The notes under the pieces: model-generated
What the model was told of the DNA's origin: nothing
Databases searched by the model: none
The model's input: only the letters and a program-made list of their open reading frames with translations
Shown: positions 20,305-29,543 of the stretch, piece by piece
How positions within the stretch are numbered: position 1 is the stretch's first letter
Layout of the letters: every line of letters begins with the position of its first letter
Program-made: the position numbers and the translations under genes
Assembly (NCBI GenBank): GCA_012965075.1
Contig: DTSY01000153.1
Coordinates: 3,728-61,231 of the forward strand
Origin: Gammaproteobacteria bacterium
GTDB taxonomy: Bacteria; Pseudomonadota; Gammaproteobacteria; Magnimaribacterales; Magnimaribacteraceae
Length of the DNA stretch: 57,504 nt
Reading direction: 5' to 3'

Positions 20305-20772
20305 ATGAGTTTATTTGATCAGTTTTTAATAATAGCAGCCATAATTTGTTCTTTCAGTGGATGTGCAGCAGTTTCAATGGATCGCGCAGTTGAAGCAGAG
20401 ACAGTTTCTGCTGTTTCAGAATCTGAATACTCAGACTCTGCTAGCCAAGTGGAAGGAACAATATATTTTGAATATGATAAATACAATCTAAGTGCTTCTG
20501 CTGTATCTGATATTCGTGCTCTTGCAAATTCAATTAAATCAAGTTCAAGTAAGGTCCGAATAGAAGGCCACTGTGACGAAAGAGGTACTAGAGAATATAA
20601 CCTAGCTTTAGGGGAAAAGAGGGCCAATGCAGTTTCCGAGTTGCTTCAAGTTAACGGGGTTTCATCCAGTAGTATTACAACGGTTAGTTACGGAGAAGAA
20701 AAGCCAGTTACTTACGGTTCTAACGAATCTTCTTGGACTAAAAATAGAAGAGCTGTAGTTAAAGTATTGTAA
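20305..20772 (+). CDS. pal: peptidoglycan-associated lipoprotein Pal
   Basis: 155 aa. It has a lipobox (FSGC) and an OmpA-like domain: IYFEYDKYNL...RIEGHCDERGTREYNLALGEKRANAV...NRRAV. Confidence 0.92.
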   Translation: MSLFDQFLIIAAIICSFSGCAAVSMDRAVEAETVSAVSESEYSDSASQVEGTIYFEYDKYNLSASAVSDIRALANSIKSSSSKVRIEGHCDERGTREYNLALGEKRANAVSELLQVNGVSSSSITTVSYGEEKPVTYGSNESSWTKNRRAVVKVL

Positions 20773-20784
20773 ATTTAACCTGAT

Positions 20785-21459
20785 TTGAAAAAATCACTTT
20801 TTTTATTTTTTTTATTTATTTTAGCTTTTCCGCTAAGATTTTTTTCTGAGGAAGAAGAATCATTAGATCTAATTTATCTAAAAATAAGGGCTCTAGAGCA
20901 AGAGATAGCTACTCTCAGAAACTTGATTGAAGAAAATACCTATTTGATAGAACGCTATCAGGAACTTCAACAACAAAGATATCTGGATTTAGACAAAAGG
21001 TTACATAGTCTTCTTTCAGGAGAACTCGAAGAATTAAATGAGCAATCCTTAAATCTCAATGATTTAAACTCAACTGAAGAGATTGATTTATACAAAGAAG
21101 CTTTAGAGTTGTTTGAAGTCTCAAGATATGCTGAAGCCATAGAAGTTTTCCGCGACTTAATAATTTCTTTTCCAGAAGGATCTTATTCTGCTGATGCTTA
21201 TTTTTGGTCTGGCGAACTTTATTTAGCCCAAGAACAATTAGAAGATGCGAGAGAACATTACCTAGTAGTTGCAGAAAAGTTTAAAGATCATGACAGGGTT
21301 GCCGATTGTCTATATAAGCTTGGAGTGATTGAGAAAGTTTTACTGAATAATGAGGCAGCTAATTCTTATTTTTCCAGACTTATTTCTGAATATCCTGACA
21401 CAGGAGCAGCAGAATTAGCAAAAAAATCTATGGAAACTTCGATTCAGGAGTCGAATTAA
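20785..21459 (+). CDS. cpoB: cell division coordinator CpoB (YbgF)
   Basis: 224 aa with a TTG start and a signal peptide. A coiled-coil N-domain is followed by C-terminal TPR repeats (..YKEALELFEVSRYAEAIEVF...). It is the last gene of the tol-pal cluster. Confidence 0.8.
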   Translation: MKKSLFLFFLFILAFPLRFFSEEEESLDLIYLKIRALEQEIATLRNLIEENTYLIERYQELQQQRYLDLDKRLHSLLSGELEELNEQSLNLNDLNSTEEIDLYKEALELFEVSRYAEAIEVFRDLIISFPEGSYSADAYFWSGELYLAQEQLEDAREHYLVVAEKFKDHDRVADCLYKLGVIEKVLLNNEAANSYFSRLISEYPDTGAAELAKKSMETSIQESN

Positions 21460-21491
21460 CTTGCCTAAACATTTAATATACGCCTTTCTTT

Positions 21492-21568
21492 GGGCCGTTA
21501 GCTCAGTTTGGTAGAGCAGTTCCCTTTTAAGGAATTGGTCCGGCGTTCGAGTCGCCGACGGCCCACCA
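21492..21568 (+). tRNA. tRNA-Lys (anticodon UUU)
   Basis: A full cloverleaf was folded by hand: acceptor GGGCCGT/ACGGCCC, D stem GCTC/GAGC, anticodon stem GTTCC/GGAAT with loop CTTTTAA, T stem CGGCG/CGCCG with loop TTCGAGT, discriminator A and an encoded CCA. Confidence 0.92.
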
Positions 21569-21575
21569 TCAAAAA

Positions 21576-21938
21576 ATGAAGTATTTTTTAATTCTTATTG
21601 GAGGTGCTACAGGGGCTCTATGTAGAGTTTTAATTTCTGAAGTAATTGAAAGAGCACAATTTCTCTTTTTCCCTCTAGGAATTTTTTCAGTAAATATCTT
21701 AGGGTGCTTCCTACTGGGATTACTAATTAATCTAATTGGTCCAAAATATGAAGAAATCTATGAACCTCTTTTATTAATGGGTTTCCTAGGAGCTTTTACT
21801 ACCTTTTCTGCTTTCTCAAAAGAAACTTTTCAACTGATAGAACAAGGTAATTGGTTGGCTGTTATGAGTTATATTGTTTTTACTGTAATAGGATGTTTAT
21901 TGGCTACTTGGATTGGTATGCAGATAACCAACAATTAA
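21576..21938 (+). CDS. crcB: fluoride ion channel CrcB/FluC
   Basis: 120 aa and four TM segments. Motifs are GGATGALCR, NILGCFLLG and GFLGAFTTFSAFS. It starts 7 nt after the tRNA 3' end. Confidence 0.85.
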   Translation: MKYFLILIGGATGALCRVLISEVIERAQFLFFPLGIFSVNILGCFLLGLLINLIGPKYEEIYEPLLLMGFLGAFTTFSAFSKETFQLIEQGNWLAVMSYIVFTVIGCLLATWIGMQITNN

Positions 21939-22522
21939 GATTTATCATTTTTTATTCTCATTCCCTTGGTATCTCTTAGGATTTGCCTGTAACTGTATCC
22001 TTTCTGTGTTTCAGAACTGAGCAAAGTAGATGCTCTTTTTCTAAGCCAGGTGATACCTTTTTCCGGATTTTCTTTTGCCAACTGTCTTATGGTGTCAATG
22101 ATTCTTTCTTTTTTGATAGCTATATTCATACTAGAAGTCTTGGCTTCCATTTTATTGAAATTTACCTCAGATGCAGAAGGAATATATCCCTTTATGTTGG
22201 CCACCCCTAAGGCATCCATCATTAACATTGTGTTATAGACGATATTACGTAACGAAGAATCTTTTTCCATCTCTTCTAGTACCAATTTAGCTCTAAAAAT
22301 AATATGTGCAGCCAATCTCAAATCTTCTGAAATAAGTTCATCATCTAACATAGGTAAAATATCATCCCAATGAGTAGAAAATCCGGCAGAGGCTATTATT
22401 TCAGCTGCAGATGCAGCTAGGTCTTGAATATTCCTTTTAGGATCTAAAGTTTCAATGAATTCTTGTAGTTCTTTTTGAGAAATTTCTAACTTAAAGGTGG
22501 TATCTTTATTGTTCTTAGCCAT
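21935..22522 (-). CDS. hypothetical protein; predicted all-helical and soluble, with no recognisable family
   Basis: This is a 195-aa ORF with an ATG start. It is long for an AT-rich sequence and has coding-like composition. I recognise no motif. It converges on crcB with a 4-nt overlap. Confidence 0.55.
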   Translation of the reverse strand: MAKNNKDTTFKLEISQKELQEFIETLDPKRNIQDLAASAAEIIASAGFSTHWDDILPMLDDELISEDLRLAAHIIFRAKLVLEEMEKDSSLRNIVYNTMLMMDALGVANIKGYIPSASEVNFNKMEAKTSSMNIAIKKERIIDTIRQLAKENPEKGITWLRKRASTLLSSETQKGYSYRQILRDTKGMRIKNDKS

Positions 22523-22574
22523 TCTTTCTATAATAATACTTGAGAATTAAAAAATAAGTAGAAATCGAGTTAGC

Positions 22575-22919
22575 ATGTATTTGGTTGTCAAAACAATAAT
22601 TACCGTAATAATAATCGTAGCTATTTCAGAAATAGCTAGAAGATCAAGTTTTATAGCAGGCATATTAGCTTCTATACCTCTAACTTCAGCTTTGGCAATT
22701 ACTTGGCTTTATTTTGATACAAAAGAAGTAGACACGGTCGTTAATCTTTCTAACTCAATACTTTTATTAATTCCTCCTTCCTTAACATTTTTTGTTGTTT
22801 TGCCCTTAGCACTAAAAAGATTAGATTTCATATACTCTTTTCTTATCTCAATTGTTGCCACAGTTTTGGTTTACTGGTTATATATTGCTTTACTTTCTCG
22901 TTTTGGTATTCGTTTATAG
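22575..22919 (+). CDS. small integral membrane protein (DUF3147-like)
   Basis: 114 aa with four hydrophobic segments. The family assignment is by overall resemblance only. Confidence 0.5.
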   Translation: MYLVVKTIITVIIIVAISEIARRSSFIAGILASIPLTSALAITWLYFDTKEVDTVVNLSNSILLLIPPSLTFFVVLPLALKRLDFIYSFLISIVATVLVYWLYIALLSRFGIRL

Positions 22920-22948
22920 TTATGAAAAATATTAAATAAGCCTTGGTT

Positions 22949-23218
22949 ATGAATTTATATATGGTGCATGTTGGTTACTATGACCCTTCAATAGGAGAAG
23001 GGCTCTATGAGGTTCATATGAACTTTTTTACTGCAGCTGAAGATCCTAAAAAAGCCAAGGAGAACGTCTTAAGTTTAAAGGAGTTCAAGGATAAGAAAAT
23101 GCATATAGATGGTATCAAAGAGCTATCTTATGTGGATGGATACAAAGTTTCTTTGGAAGAAGGAAAGAATCCTAAACAGGAAGAAATCCTAGGATATGAT
23201 GAGTCAAAAAAGTTATAG
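22949..23218 (+). CDS. DUF1543-like small protein
   Basis: MNLYMVHVGYYD...HMNFFTAAEDPKKAK...MHIDGIKELSYVDGYKV resembles the DUF1543 pattern (LFMV.LGG...H.V.F..A......IH.D.W.EV..VDGY.I). I prefer ATG 22949 over TTG 22943. Confidence 0.5.
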   Translation: MNLYMVHVGYYDPSIGEGLYEVHMNFFTAAEDPKKAKENVLSLKEFKDKKMHIDGIKELSYVDGYKVSLEEGKNPKQEEILGYDESKKL

Positions 23219-23224
23219 ATCTTT

Positions 23225-23566
23225 ATGAGTGATACTATATTTCAAAAGATAATTGATAAAGAATTGCCTGCGGATATTGTTTATGAAGACGATAGTTGCT
23301 TAGCTTTCAGAGATATAAATCCCGTTGCGCCTGTTCACATTTTGATAATTCCAAAGAAAAAGATAGAAAAAATTTCTGATTCAAGCCAAGAAGATAAAGA
23401 GTTACTAGGACATCTATTTCTTGTGGCAGGAGGTATAGCCAAAGACCTGGGTATTGAAGACGCCTTTAGATTGGTTGTAAATAATGGTGCTGGGGCTCAG
23501 CAAACGGTCTTTCATCTCCACATTCACCTAATTGCTGGAAGGGAGTTTCAGTGGCCTCCTGGTTAA
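23225..23566 (+). CDS. hinT: HIT-family purine nucleoside phosphoramidase
   Basis: 113 aa. It has IFQKIIDKELPADIVYEDD.CLAFRDINP.APVHILIIPK and the histidine triad HLHIHLIAG. Confidence 0.9.
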   Translation: MSDTIFQKIIDKELPADIVYEDDSCLAFRDINPVAPVHILIIPKKKIEKISDSSQEDKELLGHLFLVAGGIAKDLGIEDAFRLVVNNGAGAQQTVFHLHIHLIAGREFQWPPG

Positions 23567-25020
23567 GTAAAGTCTTTTAGCTCTTCTTGGGTAGCAAAGA
23601 CATTCTCTATCTTAGTCTGCAAAACTTCATTTAATTGAAAATTATTTCCTGCAAGTTCCAAGGCGTACCTTAGATGCTCAATAGCCCGGTCATAATTTCC
23701 TGTGAGGTAAAAATATTCTGCCCTTGATTGATGTAATGCGATTATCTTTCTTGCCAACCCTTGGACTTCAGCTAACCAATACCATATTTGAGGATCATCT
23801 TTTCTTTTAAGTAATAGGGTTTTTAGGACTTCTTCAGCTGTGTCGTATTGTTTTTGATGCATTAGGGCTCTCGCATACAGCATAGAAATAGGGTAATTAG
23901 ACGGATTCATTTCTATTAAATTTTTTCCAACTCCAACTGCCTCCAACCCATTACCAGCATTTAAATGAATTTCTAATAAAGCTGTTTGCAAGATAAGATT
24001 TTCTTCATCCAATTTAAGGGCCTGTCTTATTTCATCTAGAGCTGCGCTGTATTTGTAATCTCTAGAAAGGGCTAAGCCCAGACCATACCCAGTAATAATA
24101 TTTTGCCGTTCGTTTTTAGCCCTTCTTTTTTCCTGTCTCAATTGCATAACTGCTTGACGTGAAGTTTTAAATAAACCAATAGAAATTCTTTGCTTAATTA
24201 ATGCAAAATCTAAGCTGTTTTTATAATTTGAACCCTTTATTTCTCTAGCTCGGGTTCTAGAGTCACTTATTCTCTTCTTTGTCAGGGGGTGTGATCTTAA
24301 AAATTCAAGCTCATTAGCTCCACTTAATCTACTAAGGGCTTGTAGCTTTTCAAACATTTGAGGCATGCTTTCGGGATCAAAACCTGCAGAAATCATCGTT
24401 AAAAATCCTATTCTGTCAGCTTCCTGTTCGTTACTTCGGCTATAAGATAAGGCTTGTTGAGCTAGAACTTGCTGTCCAGCCATTATAGCTTCTGGGCTAG
24501 TTGAAGCTGCGATAGCAATACTAGCTAATAAAATTAAGGCATTTGATAAACTTCTGTCTTGCTGTCTTTGAAGATTTCTTGCGAAATGTCTTTGACTTAA
24601 GTGAGCTAATTCGTGAGATAAAACTGATACTAATTGGCCCTCAGTTTCAGAGTGGTAAATAAGACCTGAATATATTCCTATGATTCCTCCAGGAGCAGCG
24701 AAAGCATTTATGTTTTTGTCTCCTATCAGGACTATTTCTAACCGCCTGTCTTCCAGTTGGCTGTACTCACTTAACCTGTAAATAAGATGTTCAGAATAAT
24801 CCTGCACTAGCGGGTCTTTTAGATCAGGTACAGATCTCCTTAATTGAGCCATATAGAGTCTGCCTAATCTATATTCAGAATCTAATGAAATTGCAGATGA
24901 AGAAGTGTCTCCAAGTTCGGGTAAAGATTCTTCAGAAAAGACATTCAGAGATGATGTAAATAGAATCATCAAGACTAAACTTTTCATTAGATTTGAACTT
25001 AAAGATTTATTCTCAATCAT
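23563..25020 (-). CDS. bepA: periplasmic M48 metalloprotease with C-terminal TPR domain (BepA/YfgC-like)
   Basis: 485 aa with a signal peptide. The zinc motif is HELAHLSQRH, with a downstream NEQEADRIG. TPR-like repeats fill the C-terminal half. Confidence 0.8.
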   Translation of the reverse strand: MIENKSLSSNLMKSLVLMILFTSSLNVFSEESLPELGDTSSSAISLDSEYRLGRLYMAQLRRSVPDLKDPLVQDYSEHLIYRLSEYSQLEDRRLEIVLIGDKNINAFAAPGGIIGIYSGLIYHSETEGQLVSVLSHELAHLSQRHFARNLQRQQDRSLSNALILLASIAIAASTSPEAIMAGQQVLAQQALSYSRSNEQEADRIGFLTMISAGFDPESMPQMFEKLQALSRLSGANELEFLRSHPLTKKRISDSRTRAREIKGSNYKNSLDFALIKQRISIGLFKTSRQAVMQLRQEKRRAKNERQNIITGYGLGLALSRDYKYSAALDEIRQALKLDEENLILQTALLEIHLNAGNGLEAVGVGKNLIEMNPSNYPISMLYARALMHQKQYDTAEEVLKTLLLKRKDDPQIWYWLAEVQGLARKIIALHQSRAEYFYLTGNYDRAIEHLRYALELAGNNFQLNEVLQTKIENVFATQEELKDFT

Positions 25021-25091
25021 ATCGTTATAATGGTCGTTAATAAAATTATTGACTTACATAATAGCAATCAGTTCAAAAACTATCCTCAAAT

Positions 25092-25315
25092 ATGCTAAAG
25101 AAATACTTGAATGCCAACGATTTAAACTGTCCATTGCCCTTATTGAATACCAAGTTATCACTGTCTGAACTTAACAGTGGAGAAATCCTTGAAATAACAG
25201 CTAAGACACTACTTCATGGGAAGATTTTGCTTCTTATGCGAAAATAAGTGGCAATAAACTTATTCATGCTAAAAAAAAGGATAGGAAGTTTATTTATAGA
25301 ATAGAAAAGAAATAA
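25092..25315 (+). pseudogene. TusA/SirA-like sulfurtransferase gene disrupted by a 1-nt frameshift
   Basis: Frame A (25092-25247) encodes MLKKYLNANDLNCPLPLLNTKLSLSELNSGEILEITAK.., with the CPxP motif, then runs into a stop. Frame B opens at 25205 and encodes DTTSWEDFASYAKISGNKLIHAKKKDRKFIYRIEKK*. Joined, they give a TusA-length protein of about 75 aa, comparable to the intact tusA at 56776-57003. Confidence 0.55.
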
Positions 25316-25318
25316 TTA

Positions 25319-26371
25319 ATGCTAGATCTTTTAAAAGGGTTACTTGATAGGTTCTTCTTCAACGAAGAAACTGTCTATTTTGCTCTTTTTTTATTAGGGG
25401 CATTCTTACTTCTTTTCTTTTTTGGTGGAATTCTTTTACCTATTCTTATTAGTTTAGTTGTAGCCTTTTTATTAAATGGATTAGTCCTAGCCTTAGAGAA
25501 TTTCAAATTTCCAAGATGGTTGTCTCTGACCACTTCATTACTAGTTTTCTTTGCTTTATATACCAGTCTTTTTTTGATACTTCCTTCAATAGGATCCCAA
25601 ATTAACTCTTTAATCCAAAGCCTTCCTAATATAGTTGAAGCCCTGCAACAGGCTCTTTCCAACTTAGCAAGCTCATACCCAGAATTCTTCTCTGAAGATG
25701 AGATTCCTAGCCTTTTTGCTAACTTAAGCTCTCAGTTAAATAATCTTCTTGCACAAGCTCTCGGTCAAATTGCTGGGACTATAAGTTTCGCATTTAGTGC
25801 TTTAATTTATGCCATTTTGATTCCGTTAATGGTTTTTTTCTTTGTTAAAGATAAAGATACTCTTCTACCGCTTATTAGTTTCTTTGCTCCAGAAGAAAAA
25901 GGTTTGATGGATTCCATTTTTAATGAAATGAATGATCAGCTCTACAACTATGTAACAGGCAAACTCATAGAAATCTTTATAGTAACTTTAGTTAGCTATA
26001 TAGCTTTTAGTTTTCTAGGACTCCCGTATACCTTCTTACTGGCTTTGTTAGTAGGTCTATCAGTCATGATTCCTTTTTTTGGTGCTATTTTAGTTACTGT
26101 TCCAGTTTTACTTGTCGGGTTGTATGAATGGGGCATATCTGCAGACTTCTGGTGGCTTTTAGGGATATACGGAATTATCCAAGCCCTTGATGGCAATGTC
26201 CTGGTACCTTTGCTCTTTTCTGCTAGAAATAAACTCCATCCAGTGGTAATTGTAATTTCAGTTCTATTTTTTGGAGGTATTTGGGGGTTTTGGGGACTTT
26301 TCTTTGCTATTCCATTAGCAACATTTGTTAAAGCAATAATTAACTCTTGGCCTCAACAAACTCTAGAATAA
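25319..26371 (+). CDS. AI-2E family transporter (PerM/UPF0118)
   Basis: 350 aa with about 8 TM segments. The layout and the conserved C-terminal block (IPFFGAILVTVP.....ALDGNVLVPLLFS....LHPVVIVISVLFFGGIWGFWGLFFAIPLA) fit the family. Confidence 0.82.
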   Translation: MLDLLKGLLDRFFFNEETVYFALFLLGAFLLLFFFGGILLPILISLVVAFLLNGLVLALENFKFPRWLSLTTSLLVFFALYTSLFLILPSIGSQINSLIQSLPNIVEALQQALSNLASSYPEFFSEDEIPSLFANLSSQLNNLLAQALGQIAGTISFAFSALIYAILIPLMVFFFVKDKDTLLPLISFFAPEEKGLMDSIFNEMNDQLYNYVTGKLIEIFIVTLVSYIAFSFLGLPYTFLLALLVGLSVMIPFFGAILVTVPVLLVGLYEWGISADFWWLLGIYGIIQALDGNVLVPLLFSARNKLHPVVIVISVLFFGGIWGFWGLFFAIPLATFVKAIINSWPQQTLE

Positions 26372-26374
26372 ACT

Positions 26375-26845
26375 TTATTTCATCGCTTTTATTGTGTCTA
26401 GTACCTCTTGGGCATGATCAGTAACTTTTACTTTTCTCCATTCTTGCACTAGCTTCCCTTTCTCATCTATCAGGAAGGTACTTCTTTCTATTCCCATGTA
26501 CTTTCTTCCGTACATGCTTTTTTCCTTAATCACCTCATATTGGTTACATATTTTTTCATCTGGGTCAGAAATTAACTCAAAAGGAAAAGATTGCATGGTT
26601 TTAAAATTCTCATGGGATTTTAAAGATTCTCTTGATAGCCCAAAAATTAAGGTACCTTCTTTTTTAAACTGCTTATAAAGGTCTCTAAAATTTTGGCCTT
26701 CTGTTGTGCATCCTGGAGTACTGTCCTTGGGGTAAAAATAGAGAATTACTTTCTTTCCCTTAAGTTTAGAGAGATCTACATTTTCTTCTCCAGTACAAAT
26801 TCCTTTAAACACAGGGGCTTTATTCCCTACTTTAGGTGTTGCCAT
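26375..26845 (-). CDS. bcp: thioredoxin-dependent peroxiredoxin Bcp
   Basis: 156 aa. VILYFYPKDSTPGCTTE contains the peroxidatic Cys motif. A later block is GLSRES..SH..F. Confidence 0.92.
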   Translation of the reverse strand: MATPKVGNKAPVFKGICTGEENVDLSKLKGKKVILYFYPKDSTPGCTTEGQNFRDLYKQFKKEGTLIFGLSRESLKSHENFKTMQSFPFELISDPDEKICNQYEVIKEKSMYGRKYMGIERSTFLIDEKGKLVQEWRKVKVTDHAQEVLDTIKAMK

Positions 26846-26925
26846 ATTTTCTCCTTATTGTTGATATAATTAATTTATTATAAATTTATTTAAATAACCA
26901 GAATAAGTTACCCGATTAGTTTGTT

Positions 26926-27813
26926 ATGTTTAATGTAAAAGGATCAATAGTAGCCTTAGTTACTCCGATGGAGCAAGATGGCAATATTAGTTGGCAGTCT
27001 TTATTTGATCTAATTGATTGGCATATAGACTCTGGAACTTCAGCAATAGTTTCTGTAGGCACTACAGGAGAGTCTGCAACTCTGGATGTTGCAGAACATA
27101 TTCAAATAATAGAACAATCTGTAAATCACTCTGCAGGCAGAATCCCTATTATTGCTGGTACTGGAGCCAATTCTACCAAGGAAGCAACGTACCTAACTTC
27201 AGCTGCTAAAGAAGCAGGCGCATCCGCTGTCCTTCTTGTTACCCCTTATTACAATAGACCGACTCAAAAAGGTCTTATAGAACATTATTCTGAAATAGCT
27301 TCGGAAGTAGATATACCCCAAATTTTGTACAACGTTCCAACAAGAACGGCTTGTGATCTTTTACCAGAATCGGTGGCTGACCTCTCTAAAATAGAGAATA
27401 TTGTGGGAATTAAAGAGGCTTCACCCGATCCTGAGAGATTATCTCAATTAAAAAATCAAATACATGATGAGTCCTTTATTTTGTATTCAGGTGATGACTT
27501 AACTGCCTGCAAGTTCCTCAATAGGGGAGGCCATGGAATTATTTCGGTAACTGCAAATGTAGTGCCTGAAAAAATTTCTAAGATATGTGAGTTGGCATTA
27601 AGTGGGCTTGCCAAGGAAGCACAGCAAGTTGATTCTGAAATAACTAACCTTCATGACGCATTATTTATTGAAACAAGCCCGATTCCTGTAAAATGGGTGC
27701 TGAACAGACTGGGAAGGATTCCTCCAGGCATTAGGCTTCCACTTACCATTCTAGATGAAGAGTATGTTCCCGAGATTGAACTAATACTAAATAAATTAGG
27801 TCTTACAAATTAA
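26926..27813 (+). CDS. dapA: 4-hydroxy-tetrahydrodipicolinate synthase
   Basis: 295 aa. Motifs are GSIVALVTPM, VGTTGESATL, TPYYNRPTQ.GL..H and the GIKEAS Schiff-base Lys region. Confidence 0.95.
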   Translation: MFNVKGSIVALVTPMEQDGNISWQSLFDLIDWHIDSGTSAIVSVGTTGESATLDVAEHIQIIEQSVNHSAGRIPIIAGTGANSTKEATYLTSAAKEAGASAVLLVTPYYNRPTQKGLIEHYSEIASEVDIPQILYNVPTRTACDLLPESVADLSKIENIVGIKEASPDPERLSQLKNQIHDESFILYSGDDLTACKFLNRGGHGIISVTANVVPEKISKICELALSGLAKEAQQVDSEITNLHDALFIETSPIPVKWVLNRLGRIPPGIRLPLTILDEEYVPEIELILNKLGLTN

Positions 27814-28809
27814 ATGACAATTCTTAGCGGAAAAAAATATCTAGTTCTATTTACGTTAGCTTTAATTCTGGGCTCCTGTGGATGGATATTGGAAGATCAT
27901 AGATATGATTACTTAAAAGAGAAACAGTCTGAGCCTATAGAAATCTCTTCTGAACAATCTACAAGACCCATAATAGATTTTTACCCAATTCCTAGAACTG
28001 AAGAAGATCTTGTAGGGGATTCTTATGAGATCCCACTACCTGCCCAAGTATTCTCTTCCGGGTCAACTAACGAAATAAGGATGCATAAATTAGGTGAAAT
28101 TAGATGGCTTTATGTGGAAACTCTTCCTAGCAGCGTATGGCCATTGATGAAAGATTTTTGGGCATCTAGTAATTTCGGTTTATCCTACGAAGACCCCAAT
28201 TCAGGTATTTTTGAAAGCCAGGAACTACAAGTAAATTCAAAGCAAACAAAATTTCAGATGAAAATTGAACATGGTATAAGGCAAGCCAGCTCAGAAATCT
28301 TTCTCTCTCATTTAATTAAAAATACAGACAATAACTGGATTCGTGTTCCAGTAGAAGACAACCTTGAAGATGATGTTTTAAGAGACGCCTTAGATTTTTT
28401 ATCGGATGCTCCATCAACAGGAGGTACTTCTTTGGTAGCCTTAAACCTCAATCTTGGACAAAAAGCAGTTCTAAAACAATCTGAGGATGGCTCAAACTTT
28501 ATTGAAATGAATCTAGAATTTCCTAGGGCTTGGGCTGCAGTCGATAGGGCGCTTAAAGAAGCACTTATAACAGTTAATGATTTGGATCGTACAAATGGAG
28601 TATTTTTTGTTAGTTTCACTCAAGAAGAGGAAGAGGGTTTTGTTAGAAGGCTTTTTAAAAGAAATAAAAATTCCAAGAATCCAGATTTTAAAATTTACGT
28701 TAAAAAAATCGGTCAAAATAAATGCACCATTACCGTAGATAGTGCTAGCGAGGCAGGAAAGAACTTTGAAAGAGATTTACTCTCTGAGATTAACCAATCG
28801 TTATCATAG
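27814..28809 (+). CDS. bamC: outer membrane protein assembly lipoprotein BamC (NlpB)
   Basis: 331 aa with a lipobox (ILGSCGW). It lies immediately after dapA, in the conserved dapA-bamC(nlpB) pair. Its size matches BamC. Confidence 0.68.
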   Translation: MTILSGKKYLVLFTLALILGSCGWILEDHRYDYLKEKQSEPIEISSEQSTRPIIDFYPIPRTEEDLVGDSYEIPLPAQVFSSGSTNEIRMHKLGEIRWLYVETLPSSVWPLMKDFWASSNFGLSYEDPNSGIFESQELQVNSKQTKFQMKIEHGIRQASSEIFLSHLIKNTDNNWIRVPVEDNLEDDVLRDALDFLSDAPSTGGTSLVALNLNLGQKAVLKQSEDGSNFIEMNLEFPRAWAAVDRALKEALITVNDLDRTNGVFFVSFTQEEEEGFVRRLFKRNKNSKNPDFKIYVKKIGQNKCTITVDSASEAGKNFERDLLSEINQSLS

Positions 28810-28817
28810 TTGCTTTT

Positions 28818-29543
28818 ATGGAAGATTTTGAAAAAGGTAAATTAGTAAGCTCAGGGAAAGCAAAATCTTTGTACGAGAGTCCCAACCCAGATTATTACAT
28901 TATGCATTACAGAGATGATGCCTCAGCTTTTGACGGCGTTAAAAAGGAAAGTTTAGAGGGAAAAGGTGCTACTAATAATAAATTTAATGCATTTATTATG
29001 GATTTTCTTGAAAAAGAAGGTGTACCTACTCACTTTGAAAGGTTACTTTCTGAAAATGAAAGTTTGGTCAAGAGGCTTGAAATGATTCCCGTTGAATGTG
29101 TAATTAGAAATATAGCAGCAGGAAGTATTTGTAAAAGGCTTGGAATAGAGGAAGGTTTGGATCTAAATCCACCTACTTTTGAGTTCTTTTATAAGGACGA
29201 TGAGCTTCATGATCCTATGATTAATGAATATCATATTGAATCTTTCGATTGGGCTACTGAAAATCAAGTAGATCAAATGAAGGAGAAGACATTTCAAGTA
29301 AATGAAATACTCAAGAATCTATTTGCAGATGCTGGAATGATACTAGTAGATTATAAGTTGGAGTTTGGTTCTTTTAAGGGTGAATTACTTTTAGGTGATG
29401 AGTTTACCCCAGATGGCTGTAGGGTATGGGATTCCCAGACAAGAGAAAAGCTTGATAAGGACAGATTTAGGCAAGATCTCGGGGATGTTGTTGAGTCATA
29501 CCAGATAATCGCAAAGAAACTAGGTATGGAACAGATCAACTAA
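28818..29543 (+). CDS. purC: phosphoribosylaminoimidazole-succinocarboxamide (SAICAR) synthase
   Basis: 241 aa. Motifs are [18 protein letters not shown]....GKG..NN, P.ECV.RN.AAGS, LVD.KLEFG and DE.TPD.CR.WD. Confidence 0.95.
   Translation: MEDFEKGKLVSSGKAKSLYESPNPDYYIMHYRDDASAFDGVKKESLEGKGATNNKFNAFIMDFLEKEGVPTHFERLLSENESLVKRLEMIPVECVIRNIAAGSICKRLGIEEGLDLNPPTFEFFYKDDELHDPMINEYHIESFDWATENQVDQMKEKTFQVNEILKNLFADAGMILVDYKLEFGSFKGELLLGDEFTPDGCRVWDSQTREKLDKDRFRQDLGDVVESYQIIAKKLGMEQIN

Noticed and set aside
25198-25210. Programmed -1 ribosomal frameshift as the explanation for the split TusA-like gene
   Set aside because: There is no X XXY YYZ slippery heptamer at the frame junction (GCTAAGACACT), and no obvious downstream stem-loop. 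A pseudogene or a base-call error is simpler.
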